64,000 bases of DNA, taken from assembly GCA_963805945.1 (NCBI GenBank), contig CAWDVP010000002.1, forward strand, positions 352,001 through 416,000, in the 5' to 3' direction. Under the pieces are notes generated by a model. It saw nothing but the letters and a program-made list of their open reading frames with translations, did not search any database and had not been told where the DNA came from. Positions within the stretch are counted from its first letter, which is position 1. Every line of letters begins with the position of its first letter. Shown one piece after another: positions 10,820-19,861 of this stretch. This DNA is from Vulcanimicrobiota bacterium (GTDB lineage: Bacteria; Vulcanimicrobiota; Vulcanimicrobiia; Eremiobacterales; Eremiobacteraceae). The position numbers and the translations under genes were made by a program.

Positions 10820-11765
10820 TGTCCGAGCGAAGCTCCGGAGCGTCTCGGCGCGGACCCCGCTCATCACCGTTCAGCTGTGCACCTACAACCGGCGCGCGCT
10901 GCTGGGCCGCGTGATGAGCGCGCTGTTCGATCAAGACCTCGATCCAGCGGACTACGAGATCGTGCTGGTGGATGACGGCTCGAGCGACGGCACGTATGAA
11001 GAGGTCATAGCGCGGCTGACGCCGACCTGCGCGCTGACCGTCATGAGGCAGGCCAACGCGGGGCTCGCGCGCGGCCGCAACGCCGGCATCGCACGCGCGC
11101 GCGGCGACATCATCATGTTCATGGACGACGATGTCCTGGCGACCCGCGGCCTGCTGTCGGCGCACGTCCGCTGCCATCGCGCGCATCCGCGCAGCATCTG
11201 CCGCGGCGGCGTCATCAACGTCGCGTCGTTCGACGATCTGCCGCCGGCGGCGTACGGTTGGCGCAACTATTCCGGCGCCTACTTCTGGACGACGAACGTC
11301 TCGGTGCCGCTGCAGCTCCTCAAGGCGGCCGGCGGCTTCGACGAGCGCTTCAGGGAGTACGGCTGGGAAGATCTCGAGCTCGGCCTGCGCCTGCGCAACA
11401 TGGGCGTTCCGTCGGTGCTCGCGCGCGACGCGCTCGTGTATCACCACAAGCCGCCGTTGCGCCCCGACCAGTTCGCCGGCATGGCGCGCCAGGCGCGCGC
11501 GCAGGCGCGCACCGCGGTGCAGTTCTTGCGCAAACATCCGCAATGGCGCGTGGCGATGGCCACGGGCCAGGTCGGTCCGGCGCTATGGTGGAGCCGCGTG
11601 TGGCGCGCGTTGCGCTATCCGCAACTGCTCGCGACCATCAGCAGCGGCGGCCCGGCGGAGGGGCTGCCGATGGGCGTGCGCCGCTGGGCGGCTGCGCGGC
11701 TGGCCCGCGCGGAGTACTTCAGCGAGTTGGAGCGCGCGCACGCATCCGCAGCGGCGGCGCAGTGA
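10819..11765 (+). CDS. GT2 glycosyltransferase (5' frameshift likely)
   Basis: ITVQLCTYNR, VDDGSSDGT, GRNAG, FMDDD, YGWEDLELG. Confidence 0.88.
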
Positions 11766-12802
11766 CGTCCGCGCCGGCGTACCGACGCATCCTGCTCATC
11801 CGCACCGACCGGCTGGGCGATCTCGTGCTGTCGACGCCCGCCATCGCGTCGTTCCGGCGATCGTGGCCCGACGCGCGCATCGAGGCGCTCGTCGGCGAGT
11901 ATAGCGAGCCGCTGGTCCGCTACAATCGCGACATCGATGCCCTGCACGTGCTGCCGAGCGCGGCGAACGACATCCACGCGCGTGACATCGCGCGACGGCT
12001 CGGCGCCGACGCCGATATTGCGGTCGCGCTCGCGCCGCGCATGGCCGACCACCGGCTCGCCTGGTGGACGCGGGCGCCACGGCGCATCGGCTACGTCTAT
12101 CGCCGCCGCTACCTCTCGCGGCTGGCCGCGAACGTCATGCTCACCGACCACTGCATCTCCGAAGCCGACCCGGATCTCGCCGACCGCCATCCCGAACGTC
12201 CGGTGGCGCACGAGGTCCATCAGGTGCTCGCGCTGGTCCGGCTCGCGGGCGGCGGCGTGCTCACCGACCAGCTCGTGCTCGACATCGGCGACGATGCGCG
12301 CGCGTTCGCGCGCGCGTCCGTGCCCGAGGGCAGCGTCGGTCTCAACCTCGCGCCGCGCTGGTTCGAAGCGGACTTCGGCGCCGCGAACGTGCGCCTGCTC
12401 GTGCAGCGGCTCGCCGCCGAGCATAGGGACGTGCTCGTGACCTACGGAAACGACGTGACGGAAGCAGCGCTGCAGCTGCGCGCGGCGTCGCCCGAGACCA
12501 ACATCACGTGGCTCGGCGAAGCCGACGTCTTGCGCTGGGCCGGTTCGATCGGCAGATGCAGCGCGCTCGTGACCGTCGACTGCGGCGCGGTGCACGTGGC
12601 CGCCGCGCAAGGCATACCGGTGGTGGGCGTGTACGAGCGCCGGTACTACCGTTTGAGCTCCCAGGAATGGGCGCCGTGGCGGGTGCCGTCGGTCATCCTG
12701 CGCAAACCGCCGAGCGCTGCGCTCGCCGCACCCCTGCTCGACGACATCGCCGCCGGTGTGCGCGCGCTGCGCGCCGGCGTCGCTTCGCCCATCGGACGCT
12801 AA
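11762..12802 (+). CDS. GT9 glycosyltransferase
   Basis: LIRTDRLGDLVLSTP, VDCGAVHVAAAQGIP, WAPW. Confidence 0.85.
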   Translation: MTSAPAYRRILLIRTDRLGDLVLSTPAIASFRRSWPDARIEALVGEYSEPLVRYNRDIDALHVLPSAANDIHARDIARRLGADADIAVALAPRMADHRLAWWTRAPRRIGYVYRRRYLSRLAANVMLTDHCISEADPDLADRHPERPVAHEVHQVLALVRLAGGGVLTDQLVLDIGDDARAFARASVPEGSVGLNLAPRWFEADFGAANVRLLVQRLAAEHRDVLVTYGNDVTEAALQLRAASPETNITWLGEADVLRWAGSIGRCSALVTVDCGAVHVAAAQGIPVVGVYERRYYRLSSQEWAPWRVPSVILRKPPSAALAAPLLDDIAAGVRALRAGVASPIGR

Positions 12803-12805
12803 GAC

Positions 12806-13753
12806 ATGAGAGTATCGGTCGTCATCCCGACCTACGATCGCATCGACACCCTGCGGGTCGTGCTGCCGGCGCTGCTCGGCCAGACGCTGCCCGCCGACCA
12901 ATACGAACTCATCATCGCCGATTCGCGCAGCACCGACGGTACGGCGGAATACCTCGCGCTGCTGGCGGAGGGCGCCGGCGGCCGCATCCGCCACATCCCC
13001 GGGCTGTACGCCGGCCGCGCATCGGCGCGCAACGCCGGCATCGCCGCGGCGCGTGCGCCGCTCATCCTCTTCACGGACGCCGACATCATCGCGTCGCCCG
13101 ACCTGCTGGCGCGGCACTTGGCCGGGCACGAGGCCGCGGCCGACCGGCGCGTCGCGATCGTCGGCTGTGAGCTCCAGGTCACATCGCTCGAGGACTATCG
13201 CATGCAGCGCGACGCGCCCGAGACGCGCCGCCCCCTGCACCCGGCGAGCCGCACGAAGCTCTCGTGGCTCTACTTCCTCACCGGCAACGCGTCCGCGCGC
13301 CGCGACGACCTGTTGGCGGTGGGCGGCTTCGACGAGGACTTCACCGGCTACGGCCACGAGGATCTCGAGCTCGGCTATAGGCTGAGCAAGGCCGGCGTCG
13401 AACTGCGTTATGACGCAGGGGCGATCAACTACCATTGGCACCCCGTCGGCTACGAAGAGCAGAAGAGCAAGATGGAGCTGGCGGGCGTCTCGACGGTGCG
13501 TTTCTACCGCAAGCACCGCGACGTCGCGGTCATGACCAACCTAGGCATGACGCCGGTGTCGCTGGCGCTGCACTCGGTGCTGCATGCGGCGGGGCCATTG
13601 CGTGCCGCGATCGAGCGGGCCGGCGGCGCGCACGAAGCGCCGCGCAAGAACACCTGGCCGTTCGTGGCCCGGCAGATCGCCTTGCAATACCACTACTTGA
13701 ACGGGGTGAAGCGCGCGTTGCGCGAGCCCGAGGGAGCCGTGCAGACAGCGTGA
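12806..13753 (+). CDS. GT2 glycosyltransferase
   Basis: SVVIPTYDR, ARNAG, FTDAD, GGFDEDF, GHEDLELG. Confidence 0.9.
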   Translation: MRVSVVIPTYDRIDTLRVVLPALLGQTLPADQYELIIADSRSTDGTAEYLALLAEGAGGRIRHIPGLYAGRASARNAGIAAARAPLILFTDADIIASPDLLARHLAGHEAAADRRVAIVGCELQVTSLEDYRMQRDAPETRRPLHPASRTKLSWLYFLTGNASARRDDLLAVGGFDEDFTGYGHEDLELGYRLSKAGVELRYDAGAINYHWHPVGYEEQKSKMELAGVSTVRFYRKHRDVAVMTNLGMTPVSLALHSVLHAAGPLRAAIERAGGAHEAPRKNTWPFVARQIALQYHYLNGVKRALREPEGAVQTA

Positions 13754-15552
13754 CATCACCTTCATCATCTTCACCCGCGCCGGCACGCGCGACGTGCGGC
13801 GAACTCACCGCGGGCAGCGCCGGCCAGCCGGTCGAGGTACGCGGTTGGGTCAACAGCTCGCGCGACCACGGCGGACTGCTGTTCATCGACGTGCGCGACC
13901 GCTTCGGCGTGACGCAGTGCGTCTTCGATCCGCGCGCGGACGCCGCCGCCGCCGAGCTGGCGGCGTCGCTGCGCTCCGAGGACGTGGTCGCGATCGGCGG
14001 CGTCGTGCGGCGGCGCCCGGCGGGCACGGAAAATCCGAAGCTCCCCACCGGCGAGGTCGAGATCGGCGCGAAGACGCTCGAGATCCTCAACCGTTCGCTG
14101 ACCCCGCCCTTCCCGATCCACGGCGACGAGCACGTCGACGAGAGCTTGCGCATGAAGTACCGCTACATCGATCTGCGCCGGCCTTCGATGCAGCACAACA
14201 TCGCGTTGCGCCATCGCGCGGTGAAGGCCATCCGCGACTACCTCGACGGGCGCGGCTTCCTCGAGATCGAGACGCCGATGCTCATCAAGCAGACGCCCGA
14301 GGGCGCGCGCGACTTCGTCGTGCCGAGCCGGCTGCATCCGGGCGAGTTCTACGCGTTGCCGCAGTCGCCGCAGCTGTTCAAGCAGCTGCTCATGGTGGCC
14401 GGCTTCCATCGCTACTTCCAGATCGCGCGCTGCTTCCGCGACGAGGACTCGCGCGCCGACCGGCAGCCGGAGTTCACGCAGATCGACCTCGAGATGACCT
14501 TCCCGACGCAAGAAGACGTCATGGAGGTCATCGAGGGCATGCTGAAAGCGATGTTCGCCGTCGCGCTCGGCGTCGACGTCGTCACGCCGTTCCGCCGTCT
14601 GACGTTCAGCGAGGCCCTGGAGCGCTACGGGTCCGACAAGCCCGATCTGCGCTTCGAGCTGCCGCTGGTGGATTTCTCGGCCGCGTTCGCCGGCACCGAA
14701 TTCAAGATCTTCGCGTCGGCGTTGGCGGCGGGCAAGGCGATCGTCGGCGTCGTCGATCCGGGCGGCGCCGCGCGCTCGCGCCGCGACTTCGACGCGCTGG
14801 CCGCGCTGGCGGGCGGCGACTGGGGCGCCAAGGGCCTGGCGTGGATCGCGTTCGCGCCGGACGGCGTGAAGACGTCGTTGCCCAAGGCGGCGCTCACCGA
14901 CGAGGTGCTGGCCGCGATCAAGCGCGCCGGCGGTGCGAAGGACGGCGATGCCGTTCTGTTCGTGGCCGACGACCGGCCGCTCGCGCTGTCGATCGCCGGC
15001 AAGCTGCGCCTGCATCTCGGCGGCGAAAAGGGTCTGCGCGACCCCAAGCGTTTCGAGTTCTGCTGGGTGCTCGACTTCCCGCTCTTCGAACGCGACGCGG
15101 TCAGCGGGGCGCTCGGGCCGATGCACCACCCCTTCACCGCGCCCGCGCCGGCGTCCGCATCGCTGCAGGGCGATCCGGAGAGCCTCCGCGCGCAGCACTA
15201 CGACGTCGTGCTCAACGGCTCGGAGCTCGGGAGCGGCTCGATCCGCATCCACGATCCAGAGACGCAGCGCAAGATCTTCGCCATGCTGGGCTACAGCGAT
15301 GACGACGTGCGCCAGCGCTTCGGGTTCCTGTTGGAAGCGTTCGCGTACGGCGCGCCGCCGCACGGCGGCATGGCGCTGGGCATCGACCGCATCCTGGCGA
15401 TGATGGTGGGCGCAGAGTCGATCCGCGAAGTCATCGCGTTCCCCAAGAACCAGAAGTTCCAAGATCTCATGATCGAGGCGCCGTCGGGCGTCGAACCCGC
15501 ACTGCTGCGCGATCTGCGTATCAAGATCGAGCAGCCGCCCGCAAAGCCGTGA
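13750..15552 (+). CDS. aspS: Aspartyl-tRNA synthetase, probably non-discriminating (Asp/Asn)
   Basis: RDHGG, TPEGARDF, LPQSPQLFKQ, RQPEFTQID, HHPFT, PPHGG; His in RDHGG and Gly in RPAGTEN are ND-type residues. Confidence 0.97.
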   Translation: MTSPSSSSPAPARATCGELTAGSAGQPVEVRGWVNSSRDHGGLLFIDVRDRFGVTQCVFDPRADAAAAELAASLRSEDVVAIGGVVRRRPAGTENPKLPTGEVEIGAKTLEILNRSLTPPFPIHGDEHVDESLRMKYRYIDLRRPSMQHNIALRHRAVKAIRDYLDGRGFLEIETPMLIKQTPEGARDFVVPSRLHPGEFYALPQSPQLFKQLLMVAGFHRYFQIARCFRDEDSRADRQPEFTQIDLEMTFPTQEDVMEVIEGMLKAMFAVALGVDVVTPFRRLTFSEALERYGSDKPDLRFELPLVDFSAAFAGTEFKIFASALAAGKAIVGVVDPGGAARSRRDFDALAALAGGDWGAKGLAWIAFAPDGVKTSLPKAALTDEVLAAIKRAGGAKDGDAVLFVADDRPLALSIAGKLRLHLGGEKGLRDPKRFEFCWVLDFPLFERDAVSGALGPMHHPFTAPAPASASLQGDPESLRAQHYDVVLNGSELGSGSIRIHDPETQRKIFAMLGYSDDDVRQRFGFLLEAFAYGAPPHGGMALGIDRILAMMVGAESIREVIAFPKNQKFQDLMIEAPSGVEPALLRDLRIKIEQPPAKP

Positions 15553-15559
15553 GGGAGCA

Positions 15560-16429
15560 ATGGTGAGCATTCCGCTGATCCGGGAGCCCGACGCGGTCGA
15601 CGAGCGCGTGCGCGAGGCGTATCGCGATATCAAAGCGTGCCTGCGCGTGCCGGTCGTCGGCAGCCTCTTCCAAGCCTATGCGGTCGTGCCGCGCTTCCTC
15701 GAATACACGTGGCGCCGGCTGCGTCCCAACGTGCTCGCGAAACCGTTCGTCGAGCGTGCGCACGCGATCGGCGCGCTCGCGCAGCGCGGCGCGGCGTTAT
15801 GGCCCGTCGGCGACGTTGCGTCCGAGGTGCGCGCGCGCGGGATCGGCGAGGGTGACCTGCTGCGCATGCGCGAGGTGGCCGCGATGCTCGACGACGTCGA
15901 CCCGAAGCTGCTCGTCATCGCGCACGCGGTGCGGCTCGCGATGGTCGGCGGCGCGCCGATCGGCGGCGCCGGCGTCGGCGGTCTGCAGGCGCTCGGCGAC
16001 GAAGCGCGCTTGGCGCATGACTACCGCGGCATGATCGTCGCCATCATCGAGGAGCGCGACGCGCCGCTGCGCGTGCGCACCGTGTACGAGGAGATCAAGT
16101 CCACCACCGGGGCGGCCTTCGTGAGCGGCGACTACCGCGCGGTGGCCGCGTTCCCCGATTGGCTGGAGCTGTGGTGGCGGGACGTGAAGAACGCGATGCA
16201 ATCGCCCAACTACGCCGCGCTGTGCCGCGAGGTCGACGACGCCGCGATCGAAGCGGCGCGCCATCTGCCCTACCTGCTCAATCTGCGCGAGGATGCGCTG
16301 ACGCGCGTGGAGATCAGCGCGGACGAACGCGCGCGGGTCGTCCGCGCCAACGATGCGCTGTGCGAGATGCTGCCGTCGGTGGTCGTCAACATGGCGGTCG
16401 CGCACCGTGGACTGACCCAGACCCCGTAG
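15560..16429 (+). CDS. DehI family (group I) alpha-haloacid dehalogenase-like protein
   Basis: Internal duplication: YRDIKACLRVPVV..PRFLEYTW and YEEIKSTT..SGDYRAVAAFPDWLELWW. Confidence 0.7.
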   Translation: MVSIPLIREPDAVDERVREAYRDIKACLRVPVVGSLFQAYAVVPRFLEYTWRRLRPNVLAKPFVERAHAIGALAQRGAALWPVGDVASEVRARGIGEGDLLRMREVAAMLDDVDPKLLVIAHAVRLAMVGGAPIGGAGVGGLQALGDEARLAHDYRGMIVAIIEERDAPLRVRTVYEEIKSTTGAAFVSGDYRAVAAFPDWLELWWRDVKNAMQSPNYAALCREVDDAAIEAARHLPYLLNLREDALTRVEISADERARVVRANDALCEMLPSVVVNMAVAHRGLTQTP

Positions 16430-16434
16430 CGGCC

Positions 16435-16466
16435 ATGGAGCGGTCGAATTTATTCGACCGTCCACC
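16435..16466. repeat. REP-like palindrome
   Basis: ATGGAG-CGGTCGAAT-TT-ATTCGACCG-TCCACC; perfect 9-bp arms, GTGG on minus strand. Confidence 0.7.
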
Positions 16467-16510
16467 GACCCTTGCAGGAGTCGTCGTCGCGCGGCCTGCA
16501 TGGAGTGCCC

Positions 16511-17887
16511 GTGCGAATCGTCTGGATCGCAAGCGCCGTCTTCGCCGTGGTGCTCACGGCGCTCGGCGCGGTCCGCTATCTCACGTATCATTCCGGCGCG
16601 GACCTCGGCGTCTTCGTGCAGTCGATGGTCTCCGGCATCAGCCTTCCCAACCGGCCCGAGGGCGGCAGCCACTTCGTCCACCACTTCTCGCCGCTGCTGT
16701 ACGCGGTCGTGCCGCTGCTGCGCGCGCTGCGCTCGCCGCTCGTGCTCATCGCGTTGCAGGCGTGCGCAGGCGCGCTGGTCGCGCCGGCGATCTTCTTATT
16801 CGCGCGCAAGCGCATGGACGAAGGCCTCGCGACGCTCGTCGCGCTCACGACGCTCGTCTATCCACCGCTCGTCGGAGTGGTCTTCACCGACTTCCACGAG
16901 AACGGGTTCGCGATGGCGGCGGCCGCGTGGCTCGTATGGGCGGTGGATGGCCGGCGCTGGGCGCTCGCCGCGCTGTTCGCCGCGCTCGCGCTCGGGATCA
17001 AAGAGGATCAGGCCTTTATCCTCGCCGTGCTCGGGCTGCTGTTCGCGGCGTACTCGCTGCGCAAGGCCGACCGCGACGGCGCGGTCTTCGGCGGAGGCGT
17101 TGCCGCAGTCTCGATCGCGACGATCGTGTTCTACTTCGCGCTCATCAGGCCGATGGCCGGTGGCACCGGCACGTGGTTCGCGCTCGACTATTACCGCGCG
17201 GTGACGCCGGACACCGCGATCGGGTTCGCCGCCGTCTACGAACGGCTGAGCTACATCCTCGAGGCGTTCGGACCGCTGCTGTTCCTGCCGTGGGGAACGC
17301 GCTGGATCGCGCTCGCGCTGCCGGGCTTCATCGAGGTGCTGTCGCCGAAGTGGACGATCACCTACACGATGGGCCAGCACTACGCCGCGGTGTGGATCCC
17401 GTACGTGCTCATCGCGTTCGCGATCGCCGTGGCGTTGATCGCATCCGCGCGCCCCGCCATGGCGCGGGCGCTGGTCGTCACCTGCATCGCGATATGCCTC
17501 ATCGTCCTCGCGGCCGCGAGCCCGACGCATTGGGGTCACTACCTGCGCGCGCGCACCGCGCACGACGCGTCGCTCGACCGGATCATCGCGCTCGTGCCCG
17601 ACGGGGCGAGCGTCGCATCGTCCGACGAGGTGTACGCGCACATGTCGCTCAACCCGAACGCGCGCATCGGCATGGATGTGACGCCCGAGTACTTCGTCTA
17701 CGATTCGCATTATGACAGCGCGACATGGCGCGAGAGCACCAAGCCGCGGCTCGAGGCGGTCGTGTGCGCGGGCTACTTCGCGCCGATCGCGATGGACGAC
17801 GGCGTGACGCTCTTCAAGCGCGTCATGGACGTGCCGGAGGACGTGTACGACAAGGCGCGCCGCGCGCCGCCGACCTGCACCCTATAG
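16511..17887 (+). CDS. DUF2079 family polytopic membrane protein (GT-C-like)
   Basis: DLGVFVQS, HFVHHFSPLL, DFHENGF, IKEDQA, HYAAV motifs; many TM segments; GTG2 start after GGAG chosen. Confidence 0.75.
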   Translation: MRIVWIASAVFAVVLTALGAVRYLTYHSGADLGVFVQSMVSGISLPNRPEGGSHFVHHFSPLLYAVVPLLRALRSPLVLIALQACAGALVAPAIFLFARKRMDEGLATLVALTTLVYPPLVGVVFTDFHENGFAMAAAAWLVWAVDGRRWALAALFAALALGIKEDQAFILAVLGLLFAAYSLRKADRDGAVFGGGVAAVSIATIVFYFALIRPMAGGTGTWFALDYYRAVTPDTAIGFAAVYERLSYILEAFGPLLFLPWGTRWIALALPGFIEVLSPKWTITYTMGQHYAAVWIPYVLIAFAIAVALIASARPAMARALVVTCIAICLIVLAAASPTHWGHYLRARTAHDASLDRIIALVPDGASVASSDEVYAHMSLNPNARIGMDVTPEYFVYDSHYDSATWRESTKPRLEAVVCAGYFAPIAMDDGVTLFKRVMDVPEDVYDKARRAPPTCTL

Positions 17888-17893
17888 AGCGAA

Positions 17894-17925
17894 ATGGAGC
17901 GGCCGAATCTATTCGACCGCCTACC
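17894..17925. repeat. REP-like palindrome
   Basis: ATGGAGCGGCCGAATCTATTCGACCGCCTACC; GTAG on minus strand; near-copy of 16435. Confidence 0.7.
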
Positions 17926-17926
17926 G

Positions 17927-18781
17927 CTACATCTGCACCGCTTGGCTCGGTTTGAACTCGAAGAACATGAAGTCACGCGTCTGGCCGGCCGCCTCGACGT
18001 TCGAGAAGGTGTAGGTCACGCCGTCGTACTTGCTCGCTCCCGGCATGTTGACGTACTGGTTCGCGGCGGGCGCGTATCCGCCGAGCACCATCGACGCCGT
18101 CGTCCACTCGCTGTCGATGAGCCAGCGGCCGCGGTTGATCGTATAGCTGATGGTCCAGGGCACCGACGTCGCTTTGCCGCTGCCGAAGACGCCTGCGGAG
18201 GCGATCTGCCACACCGCGGAGCTCTCGGCATCCACCCATAGCTCGCGCAAGCGGTTGTGCAGCGGCTGGCTGACGGGCGCGAGCATCAAGTGATAGACTC
18301 TGCGGCCGTGCAGCTGCTCCTCGCCTGCGAGCGAGACGTCGTACTCACGCGCGGGTGACGACGACGGCCGTAGCTCGAGCATGCCGAAGGTGTAGATCGG
18401 CGACATCTCGGGCAGCCCGAACGGCTCGTCGATGTCAGGACTGTCGCGCACCGCGACGCCTTTTAGCTTGAGCGTGAATTTGTACGGGTTGTCGGGCTGA
18501 TTGGTCGTCGAGATGGGCTTCGAGTACGTGACGACGCGGTCGTCGCGCGTGCGGCACACCGATTGGAACTGCTCGACGAGCCAGCGGTTCTTCACCGGCG
18601 TGCGGACGGTGATCACGTACGAGAGGTAAGGCGGATAGCGCTGCGCCCGCACGAAGCCGAGCGCGCGGTCGAATATCTGGCCCGCGGTCGGCGGAGTTTT
18701 GGGGTTCGCGGCCGCAGCGGGAAGCCACGTGCCGAGCACCGCGGCGACCGCGAGCGCAAGGGCGGAGCCGGCGCGCGTCAT
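17927..18781 (-). CDS. Secreted hypothetical protein
   Basis: Signal peptide (..AAA-AN), beta-rich, LRELWVD; ATGA-type coupling region after C39 gene. Confidence 0.7.
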   Translation of the reverse strand: MTRAGSALALAVAAVLGTWLPAAAANPKTPPTAGQIFDRALGFVRAQRYPPYLSYVITVRTPVKNRWLVEQFQSVCRTRDDRVVTYSKPISTTNQPDNPYKFTLKLKGVAVRDSPDIDEPFGLPEMSPIYTFGMLELRPSSSPAREYDVSLAGEEQLHGRRVYHLMLAPVSQPLHNRLRELWVDAESSAVWQIASAGVFGSGKATSVPWTISYTINRGRWLIDSEWTTASMVLGGYAPAANQYVNMPGASKYDGVTYTFSNVEAAGQTRDFMFFEFKPSQAVQM

Positions 18782-18787
18782 GGCTGC

Positions 18788-19861
18788 TTAGCGCAGCGCC
18801 CGGACGAGATCCGGAGGCGCGATGACGTAGACGGTGCCGTTCGAGCCCGCCAGCCACGCATGCGCGAACTGCGCGCGCTTGTAGACGCGGCGGATCGCGC
18901 CCGGTTCGCCATAAGGATCGTTGACGATGACGTCGCCCGACGGCGTGAAGCCGCGGATGACGAGCAGATGACCGGCGGTCTTCGGATACGGGGCTCCATC
19001 GAGTTCGTGCGGCTGCACGGCGATGGACGCGATAACCGGGATGCCGCGCGACACGAGCAGCGCGACGTCGTCGAGCGATGGGAACTGGCGCACGAATCCC
19101 GCGAGACCGTGCTCCGAGACGAAGGCGACGTTGAACGGCCAGTTGCCGCACCCGTCGTACACCGGATCGTACACGCCGTCGGCGACCGCCGCGACGTCCA
19201 CGTCCCATTGCGGATGGCCGGTCGAGCGCGCCCAGTACGCCATCACCATCGAGACGCTCGTCGGACTGCACCACGAGTCGCCGCCGCCGCCTTTCGCGTC
19301 CGACGACGTCGCGATGCGCTGCGTCCGCTCCGGCACGGGCAGCTCGCGCGCCGCGCCGGCGGGTGCGCGGCCATCCGTGACGCCGTCCGGCGCCAGCGAC
19401 GTGGCGACCGCGAGCAGCCGCAGCGCGGGCGGTCGTCCATCGGCGCCCGCGATCGGCGTCGCGCGCACGGCGAAGGCGTCCGCGGCATGGGTGAGCGTGA
19501 GCGTGTCGGTGTCGACGTCACCGTCCGCGTCCCTCTGGCCTGCGGTCGAACGGCGTTCGCTCGCGACCGTAGCGCTCCACAGGCCCATCGAATACCACTT
19601 CGTCCAACGGCCGCCGACGCGGGCGCGCAGATCGATCGCGAGCGCCGAACCGCCGCTCGTGCTCACGTTCCACGAGACGACCACAGCGGTGAAGCCGCCG
19701 GCGACCTCGGTCACGGCCGTCTCGAGCGGCAATGCCGGCGCGCGCTCGTACTGCTCGATCCACACGCGGTCGTTCGGGTCGGGGCCGGACGGTGATGCCG
19801 CGCTCACGAGCGCGCTCGCCAGCGCGACGCAGCCGAGACCGGCATGCTTCAGATTTCCCAT
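18788..19861 (-). CDS. Secreted peptidase C39-like protein
   Basis: Signal peptide; WCSPTSVSM (Cys), GNWPFN, GHLLVIRGF (His), VNDP (Asp). Confidence 0.85.
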   Translation of the reverse strand: MGNLKHAGLGCVALASALVSAASPSGPDPNDRVWIEQYERAPALPLETAVTEVAGGFTAVVVSWNVSTSGGSALAIDLRARVGGRWTKWYSMGLWSATVASERRSTAGQRDADGDVDTDTLTLTHAADAFAVRATPIAGADGRPPALRLLAVATSLAPDGVTDGRAPAGAARELPVPERTQRIATSSDAKGGGGDSWCSPTSVSMVMAYWARSTGHPQWDVDVAAVADGVYDPVYDGCGNWPFNVAFVSEHGLAGFVRQFPSLDDVALLVSRGIPVIASIAVQPHELDGAPYPKTAGHLLVIRGFTPSGDVIVNDPYGEPGAIRRVYKRAQFAHAWLAGSNGTVYVIAPPDLVRALR

